A stretch of DNA of 64,000 bases, from positions 35,453 to 99,452 of the forward strand of contig CAVYGR010000001.1 in the NCBI GenBank assembly GCA_963768105.1, read 5' to 3'. Made by a program: the position numbers and the translations under genes. Below the pieces are notes generated by a model. That model was not told the origin of the DNA, searched no databases, and saw only the letters and a program-made list of their open reading frames with translations. The stretch comes from Candidatus Dormiibacterota bacterium (GTDB taxonomy: Bacteria; Chloroflexota; Dormibacteria; Aeolococcales; Aeolococcaceae). Positions 44,268 to 53,034 of this stretch are shown here, one piece after another (position 1 is the first letter of the stretch; every line of letters starts with the position of its first letter).

Positions 44268-44626
44268 GCGGCGTCGAGTACCTCGATATCGAAGACGCAC
44301 TTCGTCTCGTGCGACGCCTCGGCGTGGGGCCGGTACGCGACCTCGGTCTGCTCGATTCCGCGCTGGCGCGGCCGAGGTCCGTATTCTTCGGCGACGATGC
44401 GTACCCGACGATGCGAAAGAAGGCTGCGGCGCTGCTCCATTCGATAGCCGGCAACCACGCGTTGGTCGACGGCAATCGACGTCTGGGGTGGTTGGCCACC
44501 GTGGTATTTCTCGATCTCAACGGATGCGAGGTGGATGTGGACGACAACGCAGCATTTGACCTGGTCACTGCTGCCGCGGCTGGAGCGATGGACATCGAAC
44601 AGATATCCCAACGCCTGGACGCATGA
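44264..44626 (+). CDS. doc: Doc (death-on-curing) Fic-fold toxin
   Basis: The protein is 120 aa and carries the Doc motif HALVDGNRRLG. Confidence 0.85.
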   Translation: MSGVEYLDIEDALRLVRRLGVGPVRDLGLLDSALARPRSVFFGDDAYPTMRKKAAALLHSIAGNHALVDGNRRLGWLATVVFLDLNGCEVDVDDNAAFDLVTAAAAGAMDIEQISQRLDA

Positions 44627-46143
44627 ACCTCCGCAGCCACGACGCGACCCTGGAGCTGCCGGTGGAGCACTCTGAGGGTTCGGCGTTCGACCGCGTAGCG
44701 GCGGTTGGCATGGCAGCCGAATGGGCACTCGTTGCCGTTCTGGTCGTAACGGTTTCCCTGTATGCCTATCTGGGACGATACGCCCGATATGTAGCTGACG
44801 ACTACACGCTGAGCAACGGTCTGCACGCGCGCGGCTACTGGACTTCAGAGATCTGGGAGTATCTGCACTGGACAGGTCGCTTCGCTTACATAGCGGCGGT
44901 GGACGCCGGGCTGCTGCTGAATGATCTCTTCGTTCGGCTACTGCCCGGGCTCATGGTCGTCGTATGGGTCGTGGCAATCGCTACGGCTGTCAAGTTCATC
45001 GTTCCCACGGTCGGTCGGGTAGCGCGCCTGGGTCTGGCCTCGGGCATTGTCTTCAGCACACTGCACGTCACGCCAAGTCCATTCCTGTCCCTGTACTGGA
45101 TGGCAGGATCCCTCGAGTACACGGCGCCGTTACTCCTCGGAACCGTCCTTGGCGCACTGCTGGCATCCCGGCGCGAGGCCGGTCGTCTGCGAATCGGTGC
45201 CGCCGGCCTGGTCGCGTTCGTGGCGGGGGGATTCAACGAGGCATATGCGTTCTGCCAGCTGGTCGGACTGGTGTTCCTCCTGCTGACCTTGGCGGTCGTG
45301 GCGCGGCCTGACCTGCGGCGATTGCGACCCCTGTTGGTTTCCAGCTTTGTGGGCGCGGTCGTCTCTCTCGCCGTTCTCGCGGCCGCGCCCGGGAACGGCG
45401 CTCGCTTCGCTGTCATCACAGCGATCATCGGCACGCGCCCCTCCTTCATCGAATTGCCCGGAGTCACCATTGGCTTCGCCGGGCAGTTCTTCAACGAGGT
45501 CTTCGTCGCGCATTGGACCGCTCTTCTGGCCATGGGCGGCCTGGCTGCACTCATTGCGGCGCGGACGCCCCCGCTCTCCCGGACGAGTCCGAGCCGGGGA
45601 CCGCTGATCGTGCTGTTCGTCATCGTCGCCGCCATGGTGGCGATCGTCGGATCGTTCGCCCCAACAGCCTATGTCGAAGGTCTCATCGCACCCATCTACG
45701 GTCAAATCCTCCCTGTATTCATTGGTATCTGCACCGTCACGGTCATCGGTTGGGCGTGCGGTCGCTACGCGCAATCGTTGTTAGCGCGCGCCGGTGCAGC
45801 GTCGAGGATGAGCCCTGGGCGGCGTTCGTTGGCGGCCGCGGCCGCTACGGTGGCGCTCTCCTGTCTGGTAGCGGTGATCCCGATCCACAACGCGATCGGC
45901 ATCTGGGAGGACCGTGGTGCAATCAACGCGTACGCTGCGACGAAGGACGCTCAGGCCGCCTTGGCGCGAGCAGCCGCAGCCGCGGGCAAGCCGTCGGTGA
46001 TCGTGCCGTCGACGAGCGTGATAGCCAACCTCGGCGTTTTCAGCCACCCGAGCTACGAAGAAATGCTCGCCGACCCGAAATGGTGGATCAACGCGGGTGA
46101 GGCAAGCTATTACGGTGTTGGCTCCATCCGCGCGTCCGGGTGA
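44623..46143 (+). CDS. Polytopic membrane protein (about 480-506 aa), GT-C/polymerase-like candidate
   Basis: The protein has many TM helices. There is an ATGA overlap with the doc stop, with an alternative start at ATG 44710 (MAAEWALV). To the eye, third codon positions are richer in A/T than in neighbouring genes. Confidence 0.55.
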   Translation: MNLRSHDATLELPVEHSEGSAFDRVAAVGMAAEWALVAVLVVTVSLYAYLGRYARYVADDYTLSNGLHARGYWTSEIWEYLHWTGRFAYIAAVDAGLLLNDLFVRLLPGLMVVVWVVAIATAVKFIVPTVGRVARLGLASGIVFSTLHVTPSPFLSLYWMAGSLEYTAPLLLGTVLGALLASRREAGRLRIGAAGLVAFVAGGFNEAYAFCQLVGLVFLLLTLAVVARPDLRRLRPLLVSSFVGAVVSLAVLAAAPGNGARFAVITAIIGTRPSFIELPGVTIGFAGQFFNEVFVAHWTALLAMGGLAALIAARTPPLSRTSPSRGPLIVLFVIVAAMVAIVGSFAPTAYVEGLIAPIYGQILPVFIGICTVTVIGWACGRYAQSLLARAGAASRMSPGRRSLAAAAATVALSCLVAVIPIHNAIGIWEDRGAINAYAATKDAQAALARAAAAAGKPSVIVPSTSVIANLGVFSHPSYEEMLADPKWWINAGEASYYGVGSIRASG

Positions 46144-46264
46144 GTGCCAGCGGATCGCAGCACGTCCGGGAGATGGGGCAGCTCGCGTGGGTTGCATGTG
46201 ATCGTTGGCCACGTTGATATGCTCGTGGCGGCTGGATGACCTTGCACTTGGAGGAGACGCAGCG

Positions 46265-46651
46265 ATGGACATGCCCCTCGAAGTCGTTCCCGTGCCGGTG
46301 AGCGACACCGACCGGGCGATAGAGTTCTACAAGCGCGTGGGGTTCAACGTCGACATGGACACGCGCATCAGTGATGACGTGCGCTTCGTGCAGCTCACGC
46401 CGCCCGGTTCCAACTGTTCCATCCACATCGGCGAGGGCACCTCCACCATGAAGCCGGGAACCGTCAAGGGGTTGATCCTGGTTGTGGACAGCGCCGAGGC
46501 AGCCAAGGCCGAGCTCGATGAGCGTGGTATTGCGACGAGCGATGTCGAAGCGCAGCCGTGGGGCAAGCATGTGTATTTCAGCGACCCCGACGGCAACTCC
46601 TGGACCGTGCAGGAGTCCTATGCGAGGAACGAGAGACGATCTGCTTCCTAG
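46265..46651 (+). CDS. VOC-family (glyoxalase/bleomycin-resistance fold) protein
   Basis: VPVSDTDRAIEFYKRVGF and FSDPDGNSWTVQE are present. The AGGAG-like RBS GGAGGAG lies upstream of ATG 46265. Confidence 0.8.
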   Translation: MDMPLEVVPVPVSDTDRAIEFYKRVGFNVDMDTRISDDVRFVQLTPPGSNCSIHIGEGTSTMKPGTVKGLILVVDSAEAAKAELDERGIATSDVEAQPWGKHVYFSDPDGNSWTVQESYARNERRSAS

Positions 46652-46652
46652 T

Positions 46653-46727
46653 TGGTGGAGCGGGGGGACTCGAACCCCCGACCTCTGCCGTGCGAGGGCA
46701 GCGCTCTCCCAGCTGAGCTACCGCCCC
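46653..46727 (-). tRNA. tRNA-Ala: tRNA-Ala (anticodon CGC), CCA encoded; one nt short in the T-stem/acceptor C-run as assembled
   Basis: The reverse complement is GGGGCGGTAGCTCAGCTGGGAGAGCGCTGCCCTCGCACGGCAGAGGTCGGGGGTTCGAGTCCCCCCGCTCCACCA. It folds as a cloverleaf with G3:U70 and anticodon loop CT-CGC-AC. Confidence 0.9.
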
Positions 46728-46780
46728 GAGCCGTTGGTCATGTCGAGGCGTTTCGCAGTATAGGGCGGGTGCTCGAGGCC

Positions 46781-47170
46781 CTAGAGGGGGGCGGTGCGGC
46801 TGGCGAAGAACGTCTTGACGGCCTCGGCCAGCGCCGGGAGATTGAAGGGCTTGGGGAGCATCCCGTCGGCACCGGCAAGCCGAGCGGCTTCGGCCTCCTC
46901 GGACAGCGCGCTGAACATGAGCACGGGGGTCTGGGCGGTTGTCGCGTTCGCGCGGATCCTCCGGCACGCCTCGATGCCGTCGATGCCGGGCATCATGATG
47001 TCGAGGATGATCAGGTCGGGGAGGTCGGCCGTGGCCGACGCCACCGCCGCTTCGCCGTCCGAGACCGTCGACATCTCATAGCCCTCGAGGGCGAGGTAAC
47101 GCGAGACGACTGACAGGACGCGCGGGTCGTCGTCGGCAAGCAGGACACGCGGCCGGGACATTGCCTCCAT
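46781..47170 (-). CDS. Stand-alone response-regulator receiver domain (CheY-like)
   Basis: RVLLADDD, IILDIMMPGIDG (phospho-Asp), VLMFSALS and LPKPF are present, with no output domain. The start is ATG 47170 or 47161, inside listed ORF 46781..47407. Confidence 0.85.
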   Translation of the reverse strand: MEAMSRPRVLLADDDPRVLSVVSRYLALEGYEMSTVSDGEAAVASATADLPDLIILDIMMPGIDGIEACRRIRANATTAQTPVLMFSALSEEAEAARLAGADGMLPKPFNLPALAEAVKTFFASRTAPL

Positions 47171-47280
47171 GGTACGGAGGGGATGCCGAAACGGAGCGGT
47201 CGCGTCCATTCCTTTACAGATGAGGTGGAGCTCGGGCACAGCGGGCGTCCCAGCCACGGTGGCTATACTCGCCCGCAGCC

Positions 47281-48237
47281 ATGTCGAGCACCCCGGCGTC
47301 CCTGGTTCTCTTCGGGATCGCGGTCGGCGCATACACCCTGGCGGTGGTGGCGTTTGTGCTCCATCTGGCGTTCCGGAAGCGCTGGCTGGGTGACGCCGGC
47401 ATGGCACTGGTGCTCGTCGGCTGGCCTCTCCACTTTGCGTCCATCCTGACCCGTGCCCTCGAGGCCGGCCACTGGCCGCTCGGCAACATGTACGAGTACT
47501 CGACCGGGATCGCCTTCGTCGTCGTCACCGTCTGCGTCGTGCTCATGGTCCGCGGCCGGATGCGGCTGATCGGGCTGCCCGCGATGATCGTGACGGTTGC
47601 TCTGATGGGGGTCGCCTACATGCTCTACGTGCCTCCGGGGCAGCTGGTCCCCGCGCTGCACAGCTACTGGCTGACCATCCACGTCACCGCGATGGCGACG
47701 TCCTCAGCCATCCTGAGTTTCTCGTTCTTCTTCGGCATGGCATACCTGGCCAGGCGGTGGGCCGACCACCGGGTGCTCGCCGTCGCCACCTCCGCTGCCC
47801 CGACGAGCGTCAGCAGCGGCGGGGTCGCCACCATGACCATGGGTGGGGGTGGGTCCGGTGCCCGCCTCGGCTCTGCCGGCGGCGTCCGCCGGCCTCTCGC
47901 CACGTGGTTCCAGCGGCTGCTCCCCAACGCCGGAACGCTCGACGGCTGGAGCTACCGGTTCGTGATGATCGGGTTCCCGATCTGGACCTTCGGGGTCATC
48001 TGTGGGGCGATCTGGGGCGAGCACGCCTGGGGACGCTACTGGGGATGGGATCCGAAGGAGACCTTCGCGTTCATCACGTGGGTCATCTTCGCAATCTACC
48101 TGCATGCACGCGTCACCTATGGCTGGAAGGAGAAGCGCGCCGCGATGATCACCGCCTTCGGGTTTGCGGCGATCCTCTTCACGCTCTACGCGGTCAACCT
48201 CTGGATCGCTGGACTGCACTCATATGCGCGCGCCTGA
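47281..48237 (+). CDS. ccsA: Cytochrome c biogenesis protein CcsA/ResC (System II heme handling)
   Basis: The Trp-rich motif WGRYWGWDPKETFAFITW is followed by conserved His residues and multiple TM helices. Confidence 0.9.
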   Translation: MSSTPASLVLFGIAVGAYTLAVVAFVLHLAFRKRWLGDAGMALVLVGWPLHFASILTRALEAGHWPLGNMYEYSTGIAFVVVTVCVVLMVRGRMRLIGLPAMIVTVALMGVAYMLYVPPGQLVPALHSYWLTIHVTAMATSSAILSFSFFFGMAYLARRWADHRVLAVATSAAPTSVSSGGVATMTMGGGGSGARLGSAGGVRRPLATWFQRLLPNAGTLDGWSYRFVMIGFPIWTFGVICGAIWGEHAWGRYWGWDPKETFAFITWVIFAIYLHARVTYGWKEKRAAMITAFGFAAILFTLYAVNLWIAGLHSYARA

Positions 48238-48281
48238 CGGGCCCCGATCGCGCGACGAAGCGCACGAAACAGGCATCGCGG

Positions 48282-48374
48282 TTACCCGCGACGCTGCCAC
48301 CTAGTCTTCTTCAGCATCTTCTTGTGCTTGTGCTTGCGCATTTTCTTGCGCCGCTTCTTGATGACCGAGCCCAT
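48282..48374 (-). CDS. Ribosomal mini-protein bS22 (30 aa; actinobacterial AURKAIP1/COX24-like)
   Basis: This ORF is not in the ORF track. ATG-to-TAA encodes MGSVIKKRRKKMRKHKHKKMLKKTRWQRRG, matching the conserved MGSVIKKRRK...KKHRKLL pattern of mycobacterial bS22. It lies 10 nt downstream of the HIT gene on the same strand. Confidence 0.8.
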   Translation of the reverse strand: MGSVIKKRRKKMRKHKHKKMLKKTRWQRRG

Positions 48375-48384
48375 CTGGCAACGA

Positions 48385-48882
48385 CTATAACTGCCCGAGG
48401 CGATTGAACGCCGCGCGAACGTTCACGGCGGTCGTCGCGAGATCCTCGGGCAGCACCTTCACGTCCCCGATCACCGGCATGAAGTTGGTGTCCCCGCCCC
48501 AGCGCGGCACGACGTGCAGATGGAAGTGCTCGATGCTCGCGCCCGCCGCGCTTCCCTGATTCACCCCGAGATTGAATCCACCCGGGTGCATCACCTCGGT
48601 GAGCGCGCGGATCGCCCGCTGGGTGGCGGCGACGACGGCCGAGCCCTCCGCCGCGGTGAGCGCCGGCAGGTCGGGGGCGTGGCGCAGGGGCGCGACCATG
48701 AGATGGCCGCTGCTGTACGGATATCGATTCAGGATGGTCAGCGTCAGCTCGGCGCGCTCGACGACAAGGGAGCCCTCCGATGCGCTGTCGTCGACCGCCG
48801 CGCAGAGGAAGCAGCCATCGCCTCCGGCTCCCGGGGCGGACGAAACGTACGCCATGCGCCACGGAGCCCAGAGCCGCCTCAC
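48385..48882 (-). CDS. HIT-family nucleotide hydrolase/transferase
   Basis: GTG 48882 lies inside listed ORF 48385..49686. LWAPWR, LNRYPYSSGHLMV and the histidine triad EHFHLHVVPRW are present. Confidence 0.85.
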   Translation of the reverse strand: MRRLWAPWRMAYVSSAPGAGGDGCFLCAAVDDSASEGSLVVERAELTLTILNRYPYSSGHLMVAPLRHAPDLPALTAAEGSAVVAATQRAIRALTEVMHPGGFNLGVNQGSAAGASIEHFHLHVVPRWGGDTNFMPVIGDVKVLPEDLATTAVNVRAAFNRLGQL

Positions 48883-48893
48883 AGGCGATGACG

Positions 48894-50132
48894 TTAGCCG
48901 ACCGCCGCCGTGGGCCGTGGGGCGCTGACCGCCAGGCCCGAGCCATGCTGCTGCAACAGGGTGGGTCGCCAGGCCTCGAGGCACGCCGCGACGGCGGCCG
49001 CGATCAGTGCCCAGGCGGCGAGCTGACCTGGAGGAAACGCCCCGCCGTCGACGAAGTCGACAAGGGCCGCCGCGGTGATGAGCGCCCACAGGCCCACCAC
49101 GGCGATCCGGCGCTCGGCCGCGATCGCGATCGCCCAGATCACCACCGGCGCCAGCATGACGAGGTCCTGGGCATACGCATGGGGCGCCCCGAGCAAGGAC
49201 AGGACCACAGCGGCGACGAGGGCTCGATCGAAGCGATCGGGTCGTCTGCGGGCCAGGATACCGAGTCGCAACGCGACGGCGATCGCCGCGGCCGTGCCCG
49301 CAAGCCCGATCACCTCGCTGGTGGTCCCGTTGCCTGCGATCGCTCCCGGAATCGCGATGAAGCTGAGCATCCGGCGCAGATCCCAGGCGCCGCCCTGGGC
49401 AACCGCCAGGCCGGCGAATGCGACGATCCCGGCGGTCCCGACCGCCGCCAGGCTCGCCACCGCCAGGCTGGTCAGCCCCGCGAGCGCTCCCAGGATCACC
49501 CGGCGGCGGCCCCATCCGAGCAGGAAGGCAGCGAGACCCAGGGCGAGGTGCGGCTTGGCAACCCCCGCCGCGAGCACCAGGATGACCGCCCCCCGAGCGT
49601 CGTGCCCATGACGCCACTCGCGGTAGGCGAGCGCAAGTCCAAGCGCCGTCAGCGACGTCCACTGCCCCTGGAGCAGCAGCGTCCATGTGCCCATCGACGC
49701 CAGGGCCACCATCGCCGCTGCGAGCCGCCAGACCCGGGGCGTCGCCACCGGCCAGGGTGCGCTGCGCACGGCCACGATCACCGCGAGCACGAGCAGGGCG
49801 AGCGACAGCGCCGTCCAGAGCCGGTAGGCGGTGGCGAGATCGAGCCGGGTGACGGGAACGACGAGCACCGCCGCCGGGGGTGCGTCGACGAAGGGGACGG
49901 CGCCGTTGTGGACCGGCGCGATGAGCCGATCGCGCAGCGCGGTCTGGGTCGCGGCGTTGTACACGGCGGCCCCACCCGGGTGGCGCAGCAGGAGCCCGGC
50001 GACGTATGACGAGGTGAAGTCGGATCGATCGATATCCGTCGTTGGGAGTCGCGCCCAGATCAGGACATAGGCGAGGAGGAGGGCGGCCGCGATCGCGATG
50101 ACGAGGCGAGCCTGCCGGGCTTGCGAACCCAC
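48894..50132 (-). CDS. GT87/DUF2029-like polytopic membrane glycosyltransferase
   Basis: The protein is 412 aa and highly hydrophobic. The N-terminal DRSDFTSSYVAGLLL..GGAAVY pattern is typical of the DUF2029 mannosyltransferase-like family. Confidence 0.6.
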   Translation of the reverse strand: MGSQARQARLVIAIAAALLLAYVLIWARLPTTDIDRSDFTSSYVAGLLLRHPGGAAVYNAATQTALRDRLIAPVHNGAVPFVDAPPAAVLVVPVTRLDLATAYRLWTALSLALLVLAVIVAVRSAPWPVATPRVWRLAAAMVALASMGTWTLLLQGQWTSLTALGLALAYREWRHGHDARGAVILVLAAGVAKPHLALGLAAFLLGWGRRRVILGALAGLTSLAVASLAAVGTAGIVAFAGLAVAQGGAWDLRRMLSFIAIPGAIAGNGTTSEVIGLAGTAAAIAVALRLGILARRRPDRFDRALVAAVVLSLLGAPHAYAQDLVMLAPVVIWAIAIAAERRIAVVGLWALITAAALVDFVDGGAFPPGQLAAWALIAAAVAACLEAWRPTLLQQHGSGLAVSAPRPTAAVG

Positions 50133-50175
50133 GCCTCGACGCTATCAGCCATCGCTTCGCTCCGAGCCCAACGCG

Positions 50176-50194
50176 ACCGGAGCGTGACTCCGGT
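50176..50194 (-). terminator. Candidate stem-loop downstream of ohr
   Basis: ACCGGAG-cgtga-CTCCGGT forms a 7-bp stem 11 nt after the ohr stop. There is no U-tract, so the terminator assignment is weak. Confidence 0.3.
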
Positions 50195-50204
50195 GTTGAG
50201 GCGG

Positions 50205-50645
50205 TCAGAGCAGCGTGAGGGTCACCTCGACGTTGCCACGAACGGCGTTGGAATAGGGGCAGCGTTGCTCGGCCTCGTCGACCAGTGTCTGCGCCTGCTC
50301 CCGATCGGGGATCGACGGGAGTGTGATCAGCAACTCAACCGCGAGACCGTATCGTCCCGAGCTGACCGGTCCGATGCCCACTCGAGCTGTGACTGTTGAA
50401 TCCAGGACGTCGAGCCCTTTGCGGCGGGCGATGCCGATCATCGCGTTCTGCCAGCAGGCGCCATACCCGAGGGCGAAGAGTTGCTCGGGGTTGGTCCCCG
50501 GTCCGCCGTCGCCCCCCATCTCGGTCGGGGAGCTGAAGTCGACCGCGAGCCTGCCGTCCGACGTTGCTCCGTGGCCCCGCCGCCCCCCGTTGACCGTCGC
50601 CTCCGCCGTGTAGAGCACTCGGGGCCGGTTTTCGCTGTCGCTCAT
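50205..50645 (-). CDS. ohr: Organic hydroperoxide resistance protein Ohr (OsmC/Ohr family)
   Basis: TNPEQLFALGYGACW and EQRCPYSNA carry the two catalytic Cys residues. The start was chosen at ATG 50645. Confidence 0.85.
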   Translation of the reverse strand: MSDSENRPRVLYTAEATVNGGRRGHGATSDGRLAVDFSSPTEMGGDGGPGTNPEQLFALGYGACWQNAMIGIARRKGLDVLDSTVTARVGIGPVSSGRYGLAVELLITLPSIPDREQAQTLVDEAEQRCPYSNAVRGNVEVTLTLL

Positions 50646-50659
50646 TGCTCCTCCGATCT

Positions 50660-52012
50660 TCAAGTCTCACCGGGTCCCCGGCCGGTCCTGTTGAACCGAG
50701 GGTCGTAGAGGTGGCAGGCCACTTCCACGCTTGGGGGCTCCACTGGCTGTAGCGATGGCACGGTCCCCTCGCGGAAGTCGACCGCGACGGTGCGCCCGTC
50801 AACGGCGGCACGCTCCACACCGCGCCAGAGAGGCTCGTCGGGGTTGTCGCGGCGCATGCGGGTGAGAACGTCGAGCACACGCTGCGCCACGGCGGGGTCC
50901 GGCGTCCGGAGCCGCGGTTTCGTCGTGATGGCCGTGAGTTCCTGCAGGTCTCCCAACAGGGCACGCTCCGCCTGAAACTGGCCGTATTCGAGCGACGCCC
51001 AGCGCTGCTCCAGGACGAACCGCAGGTCGCGGCCTTCCCAACCACAGGGCTCGAACGCGCGCGGGCAACGAGGATGGAACGCACAGCCCAGCGGGAATCG
51101 GGAGGCGTCGGGCACCTCCCCGCGGGGCAGGTTCCTCATGACCTGCTTGAGCGGGTCGGGTTCCGGTATCGCGCTCAGCAGTGCCAGCGTGTAGGGATGA
51201 CGTGGATTCGCATAGATCTCGTCGGCCGGACCGATCTCGACGATACGGCCGAGATACATGATCGCGATGCGGTCGCAGAAGAACTTGGCGGTGGCCAAGT
51301 CGTGCGTAATGTAGAGGTACGTGAGGTCGAGATCGCGCTTGATCTCGAGCATGAGCTCAAGCACTTTGGCGCGCACGCTCATGTCCAGCATCGACACGGG
51401 CTCGTCGGCAACCAGCAGCTTCGGCCCCAGGATGATTGCCCTTGCCAGCGCGGCACGCTGGTTCTGACCGCCCGAGAGGTCGCCCGGATACTTGAGCAGG
51501 AACTGCGTAACCGGCGTCAAGCCGACCCGCTCCAGCGCTTCTGACACGCGACGGCGGATTGCCTCCTTGTCGCGAGTGATGCCATGAATGATCAGCGGAT
51601 GCCCGATCGCCTCGAGCAGCGTCATCGAGGGGTTAAGCGACGCGCGTGGATCCTGAAAGATCATCTGCGCCTGGCGCCGGAACGGCCGGAAGTCGCGCTC
51701 GGAGAGCCGGGTCACATCGTGGCCGTTGATGACGAGCCGGCCCGCCGTCGGCTGTGTGAGGTGGAGGACGGTGCGACCCAGGGTGGTCTTGCCGCTACCC
51801 GATTCGCCTACCAGGCCGAGCACCTCTCCGTGGCGCAGTTGGAACGAGACACCGTCGACGGCGCGCACGGAACCGAGGTCACCCCCGGCGAGCCGGCTGA
51901 GGAACCCCCCTCGTAGGGCGAAGTGAACTTCGAGATCCTTTACCTCAAGGACGGGCGCCTGGGGATCGGCATTCGCGTCGGTGGTCGAGACGGCAGTGGC
52001 GGTCACGCTCAC
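50660..52012 (-). CDS. Peptide/nickel-type ABC transporter ATP-binding protein (OppF/DppF-like) with a C-terminal extension of about 120 aa
   Basis: GESGSGKTT, LSGGQNQR and LLVADEPVSMLD are followed by the oligopeptide C-terminal motif and extra sequence. Confidence 0.9.
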   Translation of the reverse strand: MSVTATAVSTTDANADPQAPVLEVKDLEVHFALRGGFLSRLAGGDLGSVRAVDGVSFQLRHGEVLGLVGESGSGKTTLGRTVLHLTQPTAGRLVINGHDVTRLSERDFRPFRRQAQMIFQDPRASLNPSMTLLEAIGHPLIIHGITRDKEAIRRRVSEALERVGLTPVTQFLLKYPGDLSGGQNQRAALARAIILGPKLLVADEPVSMLDMSVRAKVLELMLEIKRDLDLTYLYITHDLATAKFFCDRIAIMYLGRIVEIGPADEIYANPRHPYTLALLSAIPEPDPLKQVMRNLPRGEVPDASRFPLGCAFHPRCPRAFEPCGWEGRDLRFVLEQRWASLEYGQFQAERALLGDLQELTAITTKPRLRTPDPAVAQRVLDVLTRMRRDNPDEPLWRGVERAAVDGRTVAVDFREGTVPSLQPVEPPSVEVACHLYDPRFNRTGRGPGET

Positions 52013-53034
52013 GCCTCCTCGGCGGCTGGGATGTCACTGGGCATCACCTTCTGCGCGCCCCCGGGGGGGATCTCCGTCTCGGGTCCGTGTAGCCAACAGG
52101 CTACGCGATGCCCTCCAGGGGTCTTGACCTCGACCGGATCCAGGACGCTGCAGACGCGCATCGCGTCAGGACAGCGCGGGTGAAAACGACACGCGCTTGG
52201 GGGATCGACGAGGTCCGGTGGCGCGCCGGGTATGTAGTGCAGACCGGTTGTCGTCAGGGAGATCGTCGAGCGCAGCAGCTCGCGAGTATATGGGTGTTGG
52301 GGCGCGCTGAACACACTTCGCGCGTCGCCCAGCTCTACGATCTTGCCTGCATACATCACAGCCACGCGGTCACACGAGCTGGCGACGATGCCGAGGTTGT
52401 GTGTGATGAGCAGCAGGGCCGTGTTGGAATTGCGCTTCAGGTCGTGAAGGATGGCGAGTATCTGCGCCTCCACAAGGACGTCGAGTGCCGTGGTCGGCTC
52501 GTCCGCGATGATGAACGTCGGGCGCAGCACGAGCGCCAGCGCGATCATCGTGCGCTGGCGCATACCCCCGGACAGCTCGTGTGGATAGTTGTTGTAGCGC
52601 GTGGGCGGAATTCCCATACCACGCAGCGCTTCGAGCGCGCGTCGCTCGATCTCCGCCTTGTCGATGCCCGGGTTATGGGCCCGCAGCGTCTCGTCAAAGT
52701 GCTGGTTGACCCGCATGAGTGGGTCGAGCCGCGTCATGGGCTCCTGGAACACCAAGCCGATGCCGGGTCCGCGCAGGTCTCGCATCTCAGCCTGCGACTG
52801 CTGCACTACGTCGAGTCCGCCGAATTGCACGCGACCGTCCATTACCGCGCCCGGCGGCAGCAGACGCACCAAGCCACGTCCGAGCGTCGACTTGCCACAC
52901 CCCGACTCTCCCACCAGACCAAGCGTTTCGCCCGGCATCACGTCAAAGCTGACGCCGTCGACTGCGCGCACTGCCCCACGCTCCGTGCCGTACCACACGC
53001 GCAGGTCGTGAACCGAAATGATGGGCTCCGTCAT
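52009..53034 (-). CDS. Peptide/nickel-type ABC transporter ATP-binding protein (OppD/DppD-like)
   Basis: ATG 53034 overlaps the permease stop as [21 protein letters not shown] and [12 protein letters not shown] are present. Confidence 0.9.
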   Translation of the reverse strand: MTEPIISVHDLRVWYGTERGAVRAVDGVSFDVMPGETLGLVGESGCGKSTLGRGLVRLLPPGAVMDGRVQFGGLDVVQQSQAEMRDLRGPGIGLVFQEPMTRLDPLMRVNQHFDETLRAHNPGIDKAEIERRALEALRGMGIPPTRYNNYPHELSGGMRQRTMIALALVLRPTFIIADEPTTALDVLVEAQILAILHDLKRNSNTALLLITHNLGIVASSCDRVAVMYAGKIVELGDARSVFSAPQHPYTRELLRSTISLTTTGLHYIPGAPPDLVDPPSACRFHPRCPDAMRVCSVLDPVEVKTPGGHRVACWLHGPETEIPPGGAQKVMPSDIPAAEEA

